A stretch of 64,000 bases of DNA, from assembly GCA_964358505.1 (NCBI GenBank), contig CAYHOS010000001.1, positions 22,947 through 86,946 on the forward strand, given 5' to 3'. The notes under the pieces were generated by a model. That model saw only the letters and a list, made by a program, of their open reading frames with translations. It was not told the DNA's origin and did no database searches. Both the position numbers and the translations under genes were made by a program. Shown in pieces: positions 46,886 through 56,373 of this stretch. How positions within the stretch are numbered: the first letter of the stretch is position 1; each line of letters starts with the position of its first letter. Source of the stretch: an uncultured Candidatus Peribacteria bacterium (GTDB taxonomy: Bacteria; Patescibacteriota; Gracilibacteria; Peribacterales; Peribacteraceae).

Positions 46886-47908
46886 GTGGATTATTCCCAG
46901 CTCCTCCAGTACGTCTTCAAGCGCTTCTCGGTGCTCAGCGCCTTCCGCACGGGGTTGCCCACCTTGGGGTACCACCTCACGCGCAGCCCCCTCCCTCCCG
47001 GTGAAAAGCCCGCGCTCTTCACCATGAACATCCTGCCGCCCATGATGACCGTGTGGCACCACCTGGTGAGGAAGAACCTGGGGAACCGCGTGGACACGGT
47101 GATTTTCGATTGCTCGGGAAGGCTCGACCCCGCGGCATTCCCGGGGGCGCGCGTGCAGAAGTACCTCAACCTCTACGCCGCCACGAAGAGCGACGAGTTC
47201 CTCTACCGCATCGCGCGCCACCGCCGCATCGGATGGATCTGCGACGATGACATGTTCATCATCCGCCCGGAAGCCGCGGACATCGTGGAACGGGAACTGG
47301 GCGTCCCCGGCACGGCGAGCGTGAGCTTCCGCCCCAGGGAATGGTGGCACTTCGAGATCGACGGGAAGCCATACCCCGTGAGCAGCAGTTACTCCATCGC
47401 CTTCAACAGGGAGATTGTCGTGGAGAGGGAACGCCTCTCCCTCAAGCCCGTGGACGGCAACACCCACCCCTCACACATCGGCAAGAAGGAGCGTCGGTAC
47501 GACACGGGGGACAAGGCGAACGAGATCCTCCTCCGCAAGGGCTACCGCTGCGCCATCGTGCCGGAGGTGGAACGCGAGAAGTACGTCACGGGTTTCAGCA
47601 GCATGAGCGGCGCAGTGATGCTCCTCTGGTACTTCCACAGGCCGGAACAGATGGAAGACTACCTGCTCACTCCGTCCAAAGACCGGTGGATGGGGAACGT
47701 GCTCTATGGGGTTCTCGCGGGACTCCTGGCCATCACCAGCGTCCAGGAATGCTACGAGCGCCTCAAGGGAAGGCCGTACCCCCTCCGCTCGCTCCCCTCG
47801 CGCTCCTCGCTGGAGAAGATCCGCCGGGAGCACGAGCCGCTCCTGCGGGAAGGCCATTCGTACCGTTGGGTGGATGAAGCGAGTGAACGCCTGCGTCATG
47901 CCCTGTAG
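46886..47908 (+). CDS. hypothetical protein, possible GT-A-fold glycosyltransferase (DDD motif)
   Basis: Strong third-position G/C bias from GTG 46886, with TACCAT 9 nt upstream. Contains 'ICDDDMFII'. Alternative ATG at 47024. Confidence 0.45.
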   Translation: MDYSQLLQYVFKRFSVLSAFRTGLPTLGYHLTRSPLPPGEKPALFTMNILPPMMTVWHHLVRKNLGNRVDTVIFDCSGRLDPAAFPGARVQKYLNLYAATKSDEFLYRIARHRRIGWICDDDMFIIRPEAADIVERELGVPGTASVSFRPREWWHFEIDGKPYPVSSSYSIAFNREIVVERERLSLKPVDGNTHPSHIGKKERRYDTGDKANEILLRKGYRCAIVPEVEREKYVTGFSSMSGAVMLLWYFHRPEQMEDYLLTPSKDRWMGNVLYGVLAGLLAITSVQECYERLKGRPYPLRSLPSRSSLEKIRREHEPLLREGHSYRWVDEASERLRHAL

Positions 47909-47946
47909 AACGACATGTTTCCCCGCCCCCTGTCCCCCTTCTCCCT

Positions 47947-48570
47947 ATGATCCAGCCACGCGCCACCCGAGGGACAGGACTGCTCGAAGGCTTCCTTGCG
48001 CGCCGGCGTGCGCTGATGGCGGGCCGCCTCCTCCCTCCCGCGCCCCGGGACGGTTGCGTCGTGGACATTGGTTGCGGCTCCCACCCGCTCTTCCTCCTCT
48101 CTGCGCCGTTCCGGAGGAACATCGGCCTGGACCGCGTGACGTCCCCCGCGATGGTGGAAGCGCTCCGGACGCAAGGCGTCGAGATGATCCATCATGACCT
48201 CGAGGCCGACGCAGCCCTCCCCCTGGCGGATTGCAGCGCGGATGCCGTGACGATGCTGGCGGTCATCGAGCATATCCCGCCGGAGAGGCGCGCGCGCCTG
48301 TTGCAGGACGCCCGCCGCGTCCTCAAGCCGGGCGGACGCGTGGTTCTCACGACCCCCGCCGCTTGGACCGTCTTCATCCTGCAGTTCCTGAGCAGGACGG
48401 GTTTCGTCAGCCACGAGGAGATCGAGGAACACCACGAACTCCTCAGCGGAAGAGGGCTCCGCCGCCTCCTCGAGGGCGCAGGATTTGGGAGGGTGCGCCG
48501 GGGATCGTTCGAGGCCGGCCTCAATCTGTGGGCAACGGGGGAACGCATGGAAGACGCGCCAGGAACGTGA
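47947..48570 (+). CDS. class I SAM-dependent methyltransferase
   Basis: 'VVDIGCGSHPL' and 'VTMLAVIEHIPPERR...LKPGGRVVLTTP'. Confidence 0.7.
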   Translation: MIQPRATRGTGLLEGFLARRRALMAGRLLPPAPRDGCVVDIGCGSHPLFLLSAPFRRNIGLDRVTSPAMVEALRTQGVEMIHHDLEADAALPLADCSADAVTMLAVIEHIPPERRARLLQDARRVLKPGGRVVLTTPAAWTVFILQFLSRTGFVSHEEIEEHHELLSGRGLRRLLEGAGFGRVRRGSFEAGLNLWATGERMEDAPGT

Positions 48571-49918
48571 CGGGAACGGCATCCGTCCGGAAGAGGATTG
48601 CCGCACCCGCAGGCGGCGACGGCGTGATGGCATAGAGGGGGCAGGACGCGCCGGCATCGGAAGTCACACGCATGTCGGGACGGAAGACGCCCGTGCGCCA
48701 CGTCGCAGCATGGAGATCCGGCTGGACGAGGACCCTGCTCCCCGGTTCGGCGATGCGGTTGAGTTCGTTCCGCGCCAGATCCCAGGCGTGGAATCCTTCG
48801 GTTGTGAGATGGAGGTCGGGGGGGATGAGGCCGATGGTCCGGTCGAACCAAGCATTGAAGGATCCGTACGCATAGACACCGAGGCCGAGCAGCTGTCCAC
48901 ACACGATGACCGCGACGAACGGGATACGCAGGAATTCCGGACGCAAGGCGCGGGCCGCGATGATCAAGCCGAAGGCCGCAAAACCGAAGAGAATGGGGTA
49001 TCCGGGCAGGGCGAAACGGGTGCCGAGCGTCCACCAGAAGGAAGTGAGTGCCCATCCCGCCAGCATGGAGAACACGAGGAACCACTGTTTCCGCCCCTCC
49101 TTCCAGAGCCCCAGGAGGGCAAAGGGGAAGAGGAAGAGGATGTTATGGAGGGGATTGGCGTAGTAGAGGGCATTGGTTACGAGCCGCGCGCCCAGGGGAT
49201 CATCCGCAGGCCAGAGGGCGAAGTATCCGCTATGGAGGGGATTGCCGAACGTGAGGGCGTTGCGCAGGAACCAGAGGGAGAACAGGAAGCCGCCGGCGGC
49301 CATCCCCCACCAGAACCAAGGGCTCCGGCGATGGCGCCCGCGGAAGAGGATGACGAAGAGAAACAGGGGGAAGAGCGGGGCGCCGTTGTAGCGCGTGAGG
49401 GAAGCGAGCCCCGCAAGCAGGCCGGCGGCAAGATAGAGCCTTGCATCGGCGGCGGCGCGCTGGAAAGCCGCAAGGGAGAGGAGGAAGAGGAAGAGGAAAG
49501 TGATATCAGAGGAAGCCACCATGATCTCGTACACGAAACCGTGGTGGAGGGTCAGGAAGGCCGATGCGGCCAAAGCCGTCGTTCGTCCGAACGGCTTCGC
49601 GAGCAGCGCGTAGGTCGCCAGTAGCCCTCCCCATCCCATGAAGAGGGCGGCGGTCTTCATCCCCGCGCCGTAGCCGAGCACTGCTGCGAAGGGGTAAGAG
49701 AGAATGGCATGAAGGGGAAGATGGGTGGCGTAGGGTACGCCGAAGAGCGCGTACGTTCCCGTCTTCCACACGCTCTCCCCCGTCAGCGCGTATATGGCGC
49801 TGTCACTGACGAGCGGATAGCGGAATCCCGGAAGGACCAGGAACGCCAGGAGAACACAGAGGCCGGCGAGCAGGAGGGGTACCTCACGCCCTTTCCATGA
49901 CGGAGACGGAAGCATCAT
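48521..49918 (-). CDS. GT-C glycosyltransferase (ArnT/PMT_2-like)
   Basis: First periplasmic loop is 'VSDSAIYALTGESVW', followed by more than 10 TM segments. Sits directly downstream of a GT2 polyprenol-P transferase. Confidence 0.65.
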   Translation of the reverse strand: MMLPSPSWKGREVPLLLAGLCVLLAFLVLPGFRYPLVSDSAIYALTGESVWKTGTYALFGVPYATHLPLHAILSYPFAAVLGYGAGMKTAALFMGWGGLLATYALLAKPFGRTTALAASAFLTLHHGFVYEIMVASSDITFLFLFLLSLAAFQRAAADARLYLAAGLLAGLASLTRYNGAPLFPLFLFVILFRGRHRRSPWFWWGMAAGGFLFSLWFLRNALTFGNPLHSGYFALWPADDPLGARLVTNALYYANPLHNILFLFPFALLGLWKEGRKQWFLVFSMLAGWALTSFWWTLGTRFALPGYPILFGFAAFGLIIAARALRPEFLRIPFVAVIVCGQLLGLGVYAYGSFNAWFDRTIGLIPPDLHLTTEGFHAWDLARNELNRIAEPGSRVLVQPDLHAATWRTGVFRPDMRVTSDAGASCPLYAITPSPPAGAAILFRTDAVPVTFLARLPCVPPLPTD

Positions 49919-50618
49919 CGGGGATGGGATGGAGGACGGAGATGCGGATCTTCAGGAAGACCCACATCCAACGGAACCAATCCTTCCAGCTGATCTTCTT
50001 CCCCTCCTCGATGGTACGGGGCGCGTACGAAATGGGGTACTCCGCAATGGGCACCTCGAAACGCGCGAGGAGCGCGGTGAGCTCGGGATCGAAACGGAAG
50101 TCGTTCTCCCGCAGCGGGATCATCTTGAGGAGGTCGGTCTGCACCATCTTGTAGCACGTCGGCTGGTCGGTGAGGCGCGTGCGGTACAGAACATTGCACG
50201 CGTACGTGAGCAGGGACCCCCCGATGAAGAAGAGGAGGTGCACGAACTGCTTCTGCTGCTTCAGCCGGCGGGAGCCGAACACGGCCGGCAGGTTCCGTGC
50301 CTCGGCGTACGAGAGCATGAGAGGGATCTCCTCTGGGCTGTACTCCAGGTCCGCGTCCTGCACGATGGTGTAGCGGCCCACGGCGTGCCCGTACCCCATG
50401 CGCACGGCGGACCCTTTGCCGCCGTTGGGTTTGCTCAGGACCGTGTCCCGCGGCAGCGCGCGCTCACGGAGAATCTGGAGTGAGCGATCCCGCGAGCCGT
50501 CATCCACGTAGATGACTTGCGCGAACCCGCATGCCTTCTGCAATCTCTCCATGATCACGGGCAAGGTCTTCTCCTCATTGTAGACGGGCACGACGATGGA
50601 GAGCCGGAGGCGATCCAT
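49884..50618 (-). CDS. GT2 polyprenol-phosphate glycosyltransferase (DPM1-like)
   Basis: 'SIVVPVYNEE', 'YVDDGSRD' and 'QDADLEY'. Internal ATG of ORF 49884..50702. Confidence 0.8.
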   Translation of the reverse strand: MDRLRLSIVVPVYNEEKTLPVIMERLQKACGFAQVIYVDDGSRDRSLQILRERALPRDTVLSKPNGGKGSAVRMGYGHAVGRYTIVQDADLEYSPEEIPLMLSYAEARNLPAVFGSRRLKQQKQFVHLLFFIGGSLLTYACNVLYRTRLTDQPTCYKMVQTDLLKMIPLRENDFRFDPELTALLARFEVPIAEYPISYAPRTIEEGKKISWKDWFRWMWVFLKIRISVLHPIPDDASVSVMERA

Positions 50619-50678
50619 GGCGGCTAGAGTAGCTGGTTGGGGCGGTGGCGTCACGGAGGAACGCGCAGAATACAGCAT

Positions 50679-50749
50679 CAAGTACCAAGTACCAAGTACC
50701 AAAACTCAAGAATCCTATTGGTCATTGGTTATTGGTGCTTGGTACTTCG
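50679..50749. repeat. TTGGTNN-heptamer imperfect palindrome, copy 2
   Basis: (CAAGTAC)x3 left arm faces ttggtcattggttattggtgcttggtacttcg. AAGTACCAAG (50680-50689) pairs with CTTGGTACTT (50738-50747). Confidence 0.8.
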
Positions 50750-51769
50750 TTGATCATCCCTCATCTCCTCCACCAACCTCCCCACTAGCCTCACAAGATT
50801 ATGGTGCGCGAGGACTTCCTGCCTCAGTACCTTCCCCAGCGCTTCCTTCTCCCCCTGAAGAAGATCGAGCATTGCCCGGACTTTCTCCCCGAAGTTCTCG
50901 TGCGTGGCCCGGCACTCCTCGGGGAGGAAGGGGCAGGAGGCTTCGGATGCCGATACCACGGGACATCCGCACGCCATCGCCTCCAGCAGCGCCTTATCCA
51001 ACCCCCCGCCCCCCGCATGGAGGTACAGTCCCGCTCGGCGGAGCAGGGGGAGGAGCTCCGCATGCGTGAGGAAAGTGATCGTGGTGCGGTCTTGCAGATT
51101 GTGGGCGGCGATGAACGCTTCCAGCTCCGTCCGGTACCGTTCATCTTCCGCCGTGATGACGCCGCCGGCGATGGAGAGGCGGTAGGGAGGGGGGAGGGCG
51201 GCGAGGAGTTGGAGGAAGAGCTCGTGCCGCTTGATGCGCGTCAGGCGCCCTACCGTGACGAGGAGGTGCGGGTCCCGCTCGGCGGGAAGGCCGGGCGAGA
51301 ACGTCCGGGTATCGATGCCGTGCCCCGTGACGACATTCTTGGGGGAGGGGAAGGGGAGGCCGTACGCCGTCGCGCTGAAGACTCTGCGGACGTGTCGCAG
51401 CGCGCAGCGCAGGACCCATCCGCCCCGGCGGATTTCGTACCACAGGTACACGGGCTTGCGGAGGAGGGGGAAGAGCGGCCAGCCGATCACCACCCAAATG
51501 GGCGTCATGTGGACGAACACCGCGTCGTACGCCCTGCGGTGTTTCCAGAGGAGGGAGAGGAAGCGGATGATCTGCGACATCTTCGACGCGCCCCGTTCCT
51601 TCCGGAGCGAGAGGATCCGGACATTCGGCGGAAAATGGTAATCGCCCGTCGCCTGCCCGATGACGGTGATCTGCTTGCAGTGCAGCGCGAACTCCTCGAT
51701 CCACCGGTGGAAGAACCCCAGGATGGGATCCTGCCGGTCCACCCGCTGCGTGATGATGAGGAGGTTCAT
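50729..51769 (-). CDS. GT-B (GT4-like) glycosyltransferase
   Basis: 'MNLLIITQRVD' and 'LDKALLEAMACGCPVV'. The last codons (STKHQ*) lie inside a TTGGTNN repeat. Confidence 0.65.
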   Translation of the reverse strand: MNLLIITQRVDRQDPILGFFHRWIEEFALHCKQITVIGQATGDYHFPPNVRILSLRKERGASKMSQIIRFLSLLWKHRRAYDAVFVHMTPIWVVIGWPLFPLLRKPVYLWYEIRRGGWVLRCALRHVRRVFSATAYGLPFPSPKNVVTGHGIDTRTFSPGLPAERDPHLLVTVGRLTRIKRHELFLQLLAALPPPYRLSIAGGVITAEDERYRTELEAFIAAHNLQDRTTITFLTHAELLPLLRRAGLYLHAGGGGLDKALLEAMACGCPVVSASEASCPFLPEECRATHENFGEKVRAMLDLLQGEKEALGKVLRQEVLAHHNLVRLVGRLVEEMRDDQRSTKHQ

Positions 51770-52917
51770 CGTTCGGAATAGCGTGCCTCCCCCTCTTCCT
51801 GGGGGAGAGGGGGTCGGGGGGTGAGGGACTGGAGGAATGCCGCATACCTTTCCAACGCCGCCCTCCTTTCAAACGTCCGTCCAACCTTTGCCGCCTCCTC
51901 TCCCAGTCTCCCGCAGAGGGAGGGGTCTTTGAGGAGAAGCCGGATGGCATCTGTGAGAGACGACGCTTCCATCGCAATGAGGCTCCCGCTCTCGCCATCG
52001 CGGATCACGTCCGGCATCACCCCCACGCGCGTCGCAATCACGGGAAGCCCCGCGGCCATCGCTTCCAACGCCACGCGCGGCCCCCCCTCGCTGCGGGAAT
52101 TCATGACGAAGACCCGCGCCGATTGCAGCGCGCGCGCCACATCCTCCTGCGCAGGCAGCCACCCGGCGAACGTCACCCGGGCGGAGAGTCCCCACGCCCG
52201 GACGCGACGCTCGCAGTCAGCGCGCAGGGGGCCGTCCCCCACCACGAGAAGGGAGACGCCCGGCAGCGAACGGAGGGCACGGAGGAGTTCCACCAAGCCC
52301 TTGTTCGCCACCAGGCGCCCGCAGAAGGCCAGGTCGTAGCGCTTGGTGACGCGCGGGTCCGGCCGCCAGAGCGAGGTCTCGATGTAGAAGGAGGGGACGA
52401 GGCGGAGCTTCTCCCGCGGCACCCCCCACCGATGGAGGAGGCTGCGCGCTTCCCCGCTCACCACGCGCACGGCGGCGGCCGAGCGCGCCTCGAGCGGGAG
52501 GAAGAGGCGCGAGAGAAAGCGGCCAGCCCACTCGGCGGGGGAGGAAGGCCTGGGATACCCGACGACGTGGTGGACCTCCAGCGCATACGGCACGTCCGTG
52601 GCGCGGTGGAGCCGCAGCGCGCCGAGCCCGTTATAGAAGGGGGGATACTCATGCACCGTCATGGCGTCATGCCCGTAGAGGCCGGCGAGCTCGCGCCCCT
52701 TCCGTACAATCCACCGCGGCTGCAGGGGTAGCGGCCAGGGCGAGGGGTGGAGGAACGTGTGGGGGAACGGCGCAAGGGTGACGGGGCGGGCGGCGGCGTG
52801 TGGGCAGATGACGTCGATGCGCTCGAAGTGCTCGCGCAGGATCTCCAACGTGTACCAGAACGCGCTCTTCTTCCCTTGGGAAAGCGAACGATCGCCGGAA
52901 ATCATCAAGAGTTTCAT
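51766..52917 (-). CDS. GT4-family glycosyltransferase
   Basis: 'MKLLMISGD', 'GRLVANKG' and 'NSRSEGGPRVALEAMAAGLPVIAT'. ATGA overlaps at both ends. The C-terminal tail is encoded by a GC-rich palindrome. Confidence 0.75.
   Translation of the reverse strand: MKLLMISGDRSLSQGKKSAFWYTLEILREHFERIDVICPHAAARPVTLAPFPHTFLHPSPWPLPLQPRWIVRKGRELAGLYGHDAMTVHEYPPFYNGLGALRLHRATDVPYALEVHHVVGYPRPSSPAEWAGRFLSRLFLPLEARSAAAVRVVSGEARSLLHRWGVPREKLRLVPSFYIETSLWRPDPRVTKRYDLAFCGRLVANKGLVELLRALRSLPGVSLLVVGDGPLRADCERRVRAWGLSARVTFAGWLPAQEDVARALQSARVFVMNSRSEGGPRVALEAMAAGLPVIATRVGVMPDVIRDGESGSLIAMEASSLTDAIRLLLKDPSLCGRLGEEAAKVGRTFERRAALERYAAFLQSLTPRPPLPQEEGEARYSER
51787..51827. repeat. GC-rich palindromic element, copy B (3' end of GT4 gene)
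   Basis: cctccccctcttcctgggggagaggggg followed by TCGGGGGGTGAGGG. Encodes the 'TPRPPLPQEEGE' tail. Confidence 0.75.
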
Positions 52918-53993
52918 AGTAACGCTTGGAACAACGCCCGATGCTCCCTTGCTACATCTTCCCACGAGCGCTTCTGGAACGGAGAAGCCGATTTCTGGGC
53001 GATGACCTCGTAATGGTGCTCCGCCTCCAGCACGGCGCGGGTGATTTCTTCCGTGGTACGGAGCGGGGCGACAATCATGCCATCGCGCAGCTCGTCCCCC
53101 AGCCCCGTTTCCGCGGTGAGGAGGACGGGGAGGCCGTGCGAGCGCGCCTCCAGCGCGGCATGCGGGCTGATCTCCGTGAGGGACGGGATGATGAGGAGGT
53201 CATGCTCGCGCAGCGTCTTCTCCTTCTCCTCCCCGTGCACCGGGGGCAGGAACGTGAGGCGCCCCTTGAGGCGCAGCTTCTGCGCCAGCTGCGAGAGCTC
53301 GCGCGAGGCCGGGCCCTCCCCCTGCAACGTGAGCGTGACATGCGGCAGGTTGGCGACGGCGCGGAGGAGGGGGCGGAGGTTCTTGAACCGCACGAAGCGC
53401 CCGAGGAAGAGGAGGCGGAACGGCTCATGCCGCACATGGAGCAGCAGTTCCCCGTGGGGCAGCGCGTTCTCGATCACCGAGTGGCGCGGCAGACGGGGAT
53501 AGACGCGCTTGTAGAGTTGTTCCTGGAACCAGGTGGAGAAGACCACGTGGTCGAAGCTCCGCAGGATGCGCCCCAGGATGGCCATGGCGGGCGGACGCGC
53601 CGCGTACCACTGGCTCAGCGTCTTCTTGCCGCGCAGGTCCGTGTACCGCTCCCACAGGAAATCGCCTCCCAGCCGCAAGATCTTCTTGGGCTTCTTGAGC
53701 CGCGCCATCATGAGAGGCACCCCCACGCTCACCGCGGAGAAGCCGTACACGATGTCCGCGTCCTTCGCCTCCCGTTTGAGCGCGCGGGCGAAGCGCCACC
53801 AGCGGAGCAGGGGGCCGCGGCGGGAAACCGTGACCACCTTCCAAGGAACTTCCTCCACGGGGCCGCGCGGCGCGTAGGCGACCACCGTCACCTGCTCGTC
53901 CATCTCCATGAGACGCCGCGCGATGTTCTTCACGTACGTGGCGGGGCCGCCGATGGTGGGGGGATACACGCCGGTAGCGAGGATGATTTTCAT
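52914..53993 (-). CDS. GT4-family glycosyltransferase
   Basis: 'MKIILATGVYPPTIGGPATY' and 'PSLTEISPHAALEARSHGLPVL'. Confidence 0.7.
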   Translation of the reverse strand: MKIILATGVYPPTIGGPATYVKNIARRLMEMDEQVTVVAYAPRGPVEEVPWKVVTVSRRGPLLRWWRFARALKREAKDADIVYGFSAVSVGVPLMMARLKKPKKILRLGGDFLWERYTDLRGKKTLSQWYAARPPAMAILGRILRSFDHVVFSTWFQEQLYKRVYPRLPRHSVIENALPHGELLLHVRHEPFRLLFLGRFVRFKNLRPLLRAVANLPHVTLTLQGEGPASRELSQLAQKLRLKGRLTFLPPVHGEEKEKTLREHDLLIIPSLTEISPHAALEARSHGLPVLLTAETGLGDELRDGMIVAPLRTTEEITRAVLEAEHHYEVIAQKSASPFQKRSWEDVAREHRALFQALL

Positions 53994-54007
53994 AGGAAGA
54001 GGAGTAA

Positions 54008-54086
54008 GAATGACCAATACCCAATGACCAATGCTCTGGTTATTTCGTTTGATGATTGGCCATTGGTGCTTGGTGCTTGGTCATTC
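54008..54086. repeat. TTGGTNN-heptamer imperfect palindrome, copy 3
   Basis: gaatgaccaatacccaatgaccaatg faces attggccattggtgcttggtgcttggtcattc. Outer GAATGACCAA/TTGGTCATTC pairing is perfect. Confidence 0.8.
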
Positions 54087-55020
54087 GATCCCGATACCAC
54101 TCCACCGTCTTCTTCAGTCCCTCTTCAAAAGCCACGGACGGCTTCCACCCCAGTTTCCGCAACGGCGTGGAATCCAGCGCGTAACGCCAATCATGGCCGG
54201 GGCGGTCGGGGACGGACGTGAGCAGGCTCTCGGGCTTGCCCAGGATTGTAAGGACCATTGCCGCCACGTCCCGGTTCCGGCGCTCCTCATTGGCGGAGAC
54301 GTGATAGACGGAATCGGAGCCGTTGGGGAGGCGGAGGACCATCTCCAGCGCGTCGCAGTGGTCGGTGACGTAGAGCCAATCCCGCTTGTTCTTCCCCGCG
54401 GCATAGATGGGGACGGGCTCGCCCTTGAGGGCATGGCGGATGACGGTGGGGATGAACTTCTCCCCCGCCTGGTGGGGGCCGTAGTTGTTGGTGCAGCGCG
54501 CAATGCGGACGTGCAGGCCGTACGTGCGCGCGGCGGCGAGGAGGAGCAAATCGCCGGAAGCCTTGCTGGCCGCATAGGGGGAGCTGGGGCGCAGGGGATC
54601 CGCGGGATCCTTGGGCTTGTCCTTGTCCCGCAGGTCTCCGTACACCTCGTCGGTGGAGATGTGGAAGAGGAGGACCTTAGGATGGAGCTTGCACGCCTCC
54701 ACCAGGCTCTGCACGCCAAGCACGTTGGTGTGGAGGAAGGGGACAGCGCTCTGGATGCTGCGGTCCACGTGCGTCTCGGCGGCGAAGTTGACGATGGCCT
54801 CGATCCCGTACCGCTCCAGAAGCTGAGAGACGAGCTCAAAGTCCACGATGTCCCCCTGCACGAAGCGGATGCGGTTGAGAACGGGGTCCAGGTACGTCTT
54901 GTCCGCCGCGTACGTGAGCTTGTCGAGGACAATCACCGTGTCCTCCGGATGCCGCTCGATGTGCCGCAGCACGAAGTGCGAGCCGATGAATCCCGCCCCG
55001 CCGGTAACAAGGAGGTTCAT
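54040..55020 (-). CDS. rfbB: dTDP-glucose 4,6-dehydratase
   Basis: 'LVTGGAGFIGSH' and 'YAASKASGDLL'. TATACT lies 6 nt upstream of ATG 55020. The last 14 codons lie in a TTGGTNN repeat. Confidence 0.85.
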   Translation of the reverse strand: MNLLVTGGAGFIGSHFVLRHIERHPEDTVIVLDKLTYAADKTYLDPVLNRIRFVQGDIVDFELVSQLLERYGIEAIVNFAAETHVDRSIQSAVPFLHTNVLGVQSLVEACKLHPKVLLFHISTDEVYGDLRDKDKPKDPADPLRPSSPYAASKASGDLLLLAAARTYGLHVRIARCTNNYGPHQAGEKFIPTVIRHALKGEPVPIYAAGKNKRDWLYVTDHCDALEMVLRLPNGSDSVYHVSANEERRNRDVAAMVLTILGKPESLLTSVPDRPGHDWRYALDSTPLRKLGWKPSVAFEEGLKKTVEWYRDRMTKHQAPMANHQTK

Positions 55021-55026
55021 GGGAGC

Positions 55027-55032
55027 AGTATA
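55027..55032 (-). promoter_or_regulatory. -10-like TATACT, 6 nt upstream of rfbB ATG 55020
   Basis: Recurrent pattern. Confidence 0.5.
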
Positions 55033-55057
55033 GAGCATGGAAGGGGTATGGAGGGGT

Positions 55058-55122
55058 GGGTATTGAGTAGCGAGGAAACGGCCTATTCATACTCAATACG
55101 CAATACTCTATACTCAATACCC
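55058..55122. repeat. rfbB/rfbA intergenic palindrome and TACTCAATAC direct repeats
   Basis: GGGTATTGAGTA (55058-55069) is the exact reverse complement of TACTCAATACCC (55111-55122). TACTCAATAC is repeated at 55090 and 55111. Confidence 0.75.
55109..55114 (+). promoter_or_regulatory. -10-like TATACT, 10 nt upstream of rfbA ATG 55125
   Basis: Recurrent pattern. Confidence 0.4.
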
Positions 55123-55124
55123 TT

Positions 55125-55925
55125 ATGAAAGGCGTCCTCATCTGCGGCGGCACCGGCTCGCGCCTACGCCCCCTCACGGAGGTGACGAACAAGAGCCTCC
55201 TCCCCGTCTACGACCAGCCGCTCGTGCTCTACCCCTTGCAGGTGCTTCTCGAGGCACGGATCCGTGACATCATCATTATTACGGGGAACGAGCACATGGA
55301 CCAGATGGCGGGCTTCCTGGGAAGCGGGCAGCGCTTCGACTGCCGCTTCAGTTACCGCGTGCAGGACACGGCGGGCGGCATTGCGCAAGCGCTGGGCATG
55401 GCGGAGGAGTTCGCGGCCGGCGACGATGTGTGCGCCATGTTGGGGGACAACATATTCTTCGATTCCCTTGCCCCTTTCATCCAATCCTTCAAGGGGGGCG
55501 GCCATGTGTTCCTCAAGCAAGTCTCCGATGCGCGGCGGTTCGGCGTTGCGGAGATCGAGCGCGGCCATGGGAAGGACACTATCTCCGTCGTCTCCATTGA
55601 GGAGAAGCCGCGCAGGCCCAAGTCCGACTTCGCCGTGACGGGATGCTACATCTACGACAACCGCTGCTTCGACATCATCCGCGCCCTCAAGCCCTCGGGA
55701 CGGGGCGAGCTGGAGATCACGGACTTGAGCAAGGCGTACATGGAGATGGGCTTGCTACGCGCCACCATTCTCAAAGACGAGTGGATCGACGCGGGAACGT
55801 TCGAGAGCCTGTTCCGCGCGGCGACGGTCGTCCGGCAACGCACGCTGGATGCGGCGGAGAAGGCAACGACGGCGATCGCTCGCAAGCAACCGCAGAAGCC
55901 CAGGCGGGCTGCCGCCCGGTGGTGA
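55125..55925 (+). CDS. rfbA: glucose-1-phosphate thymidylyltransferase-type sugar nucleotidyltransferase
   Basis: 'ICGGTGSRLRPLT' G-loop, 'GGIAQAL' and 'EKP' motifs. Divergent from rfbB. Confidence 0.75.
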   Translation: MKGVLICGGTGSRLRPLTEVTNKSLLPVYDQPLVLYPLQVLLEARIRDIIIITGNEHMDQMAGFLGSGQRFDCRFSYRVQDTAGGIAQALGMAEEFAAGDDVCAMLGDNIFFDSLAPFIQSFKGGGHVFLKQVSDARRFGVAEIERGHGKDTISVVSIEEKPRRPKSDFAVTGCYIYDNRCFDIIRALKPSGRGELEITDLSKAYMEMGLLRATILKDEWIDAGTFESLFRAATVVRQRTLDAAEKATTAIARKQPQKPRRAAARW

Positions 55926-56373
55926 TCACACAGGTAAGATATCCTCATACATCTCCCCATACCTCCCCGCAATCTCCCCCCAATCGTACTTCTTCGCATT
56001 CTCCACGCCCGCCGCCGAGAGCTTTTGACGCAAACCGGAGTCGTTGAGCAGCGTGCCGATTGCCTCCGCCGCCGCCTTGGGGTCATCCGGCGGGACGAGG
56101 AGACCGGTGACGCCGTCATGGACTACGTCGGGGATGCCGCCCACGTTCGTCGCCACCACGGCGCATCCCGCCGCCTGCGCTTCCAGGAAAACGTTCCCCA
56201 GCGCCTCGCTGCGCGAGAGGCCGACGAAGATTTCCGCTTCCGCGTACTCCTCGTGGATATCGGGGAAGGGGATGAACCCCCGGAACGTCCCCTCGGGGAG
56301 GAAGGAGCGGGATTGCATTTCCAATAATCTCCGCCGGCTTCCATCACCGACAATATGAATGTCAGGAGGAACG

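Noticed and set aside
46745-47467. N-terminal 241 aa of the 841-aa ORF 44942..47467
   Set aside because: This part is antisense to the coding-biased plus-strand gene 46886..47908 and runs through repeat copy 1. A TACACT box and the first TM segment support ATG 46744 as the true start.
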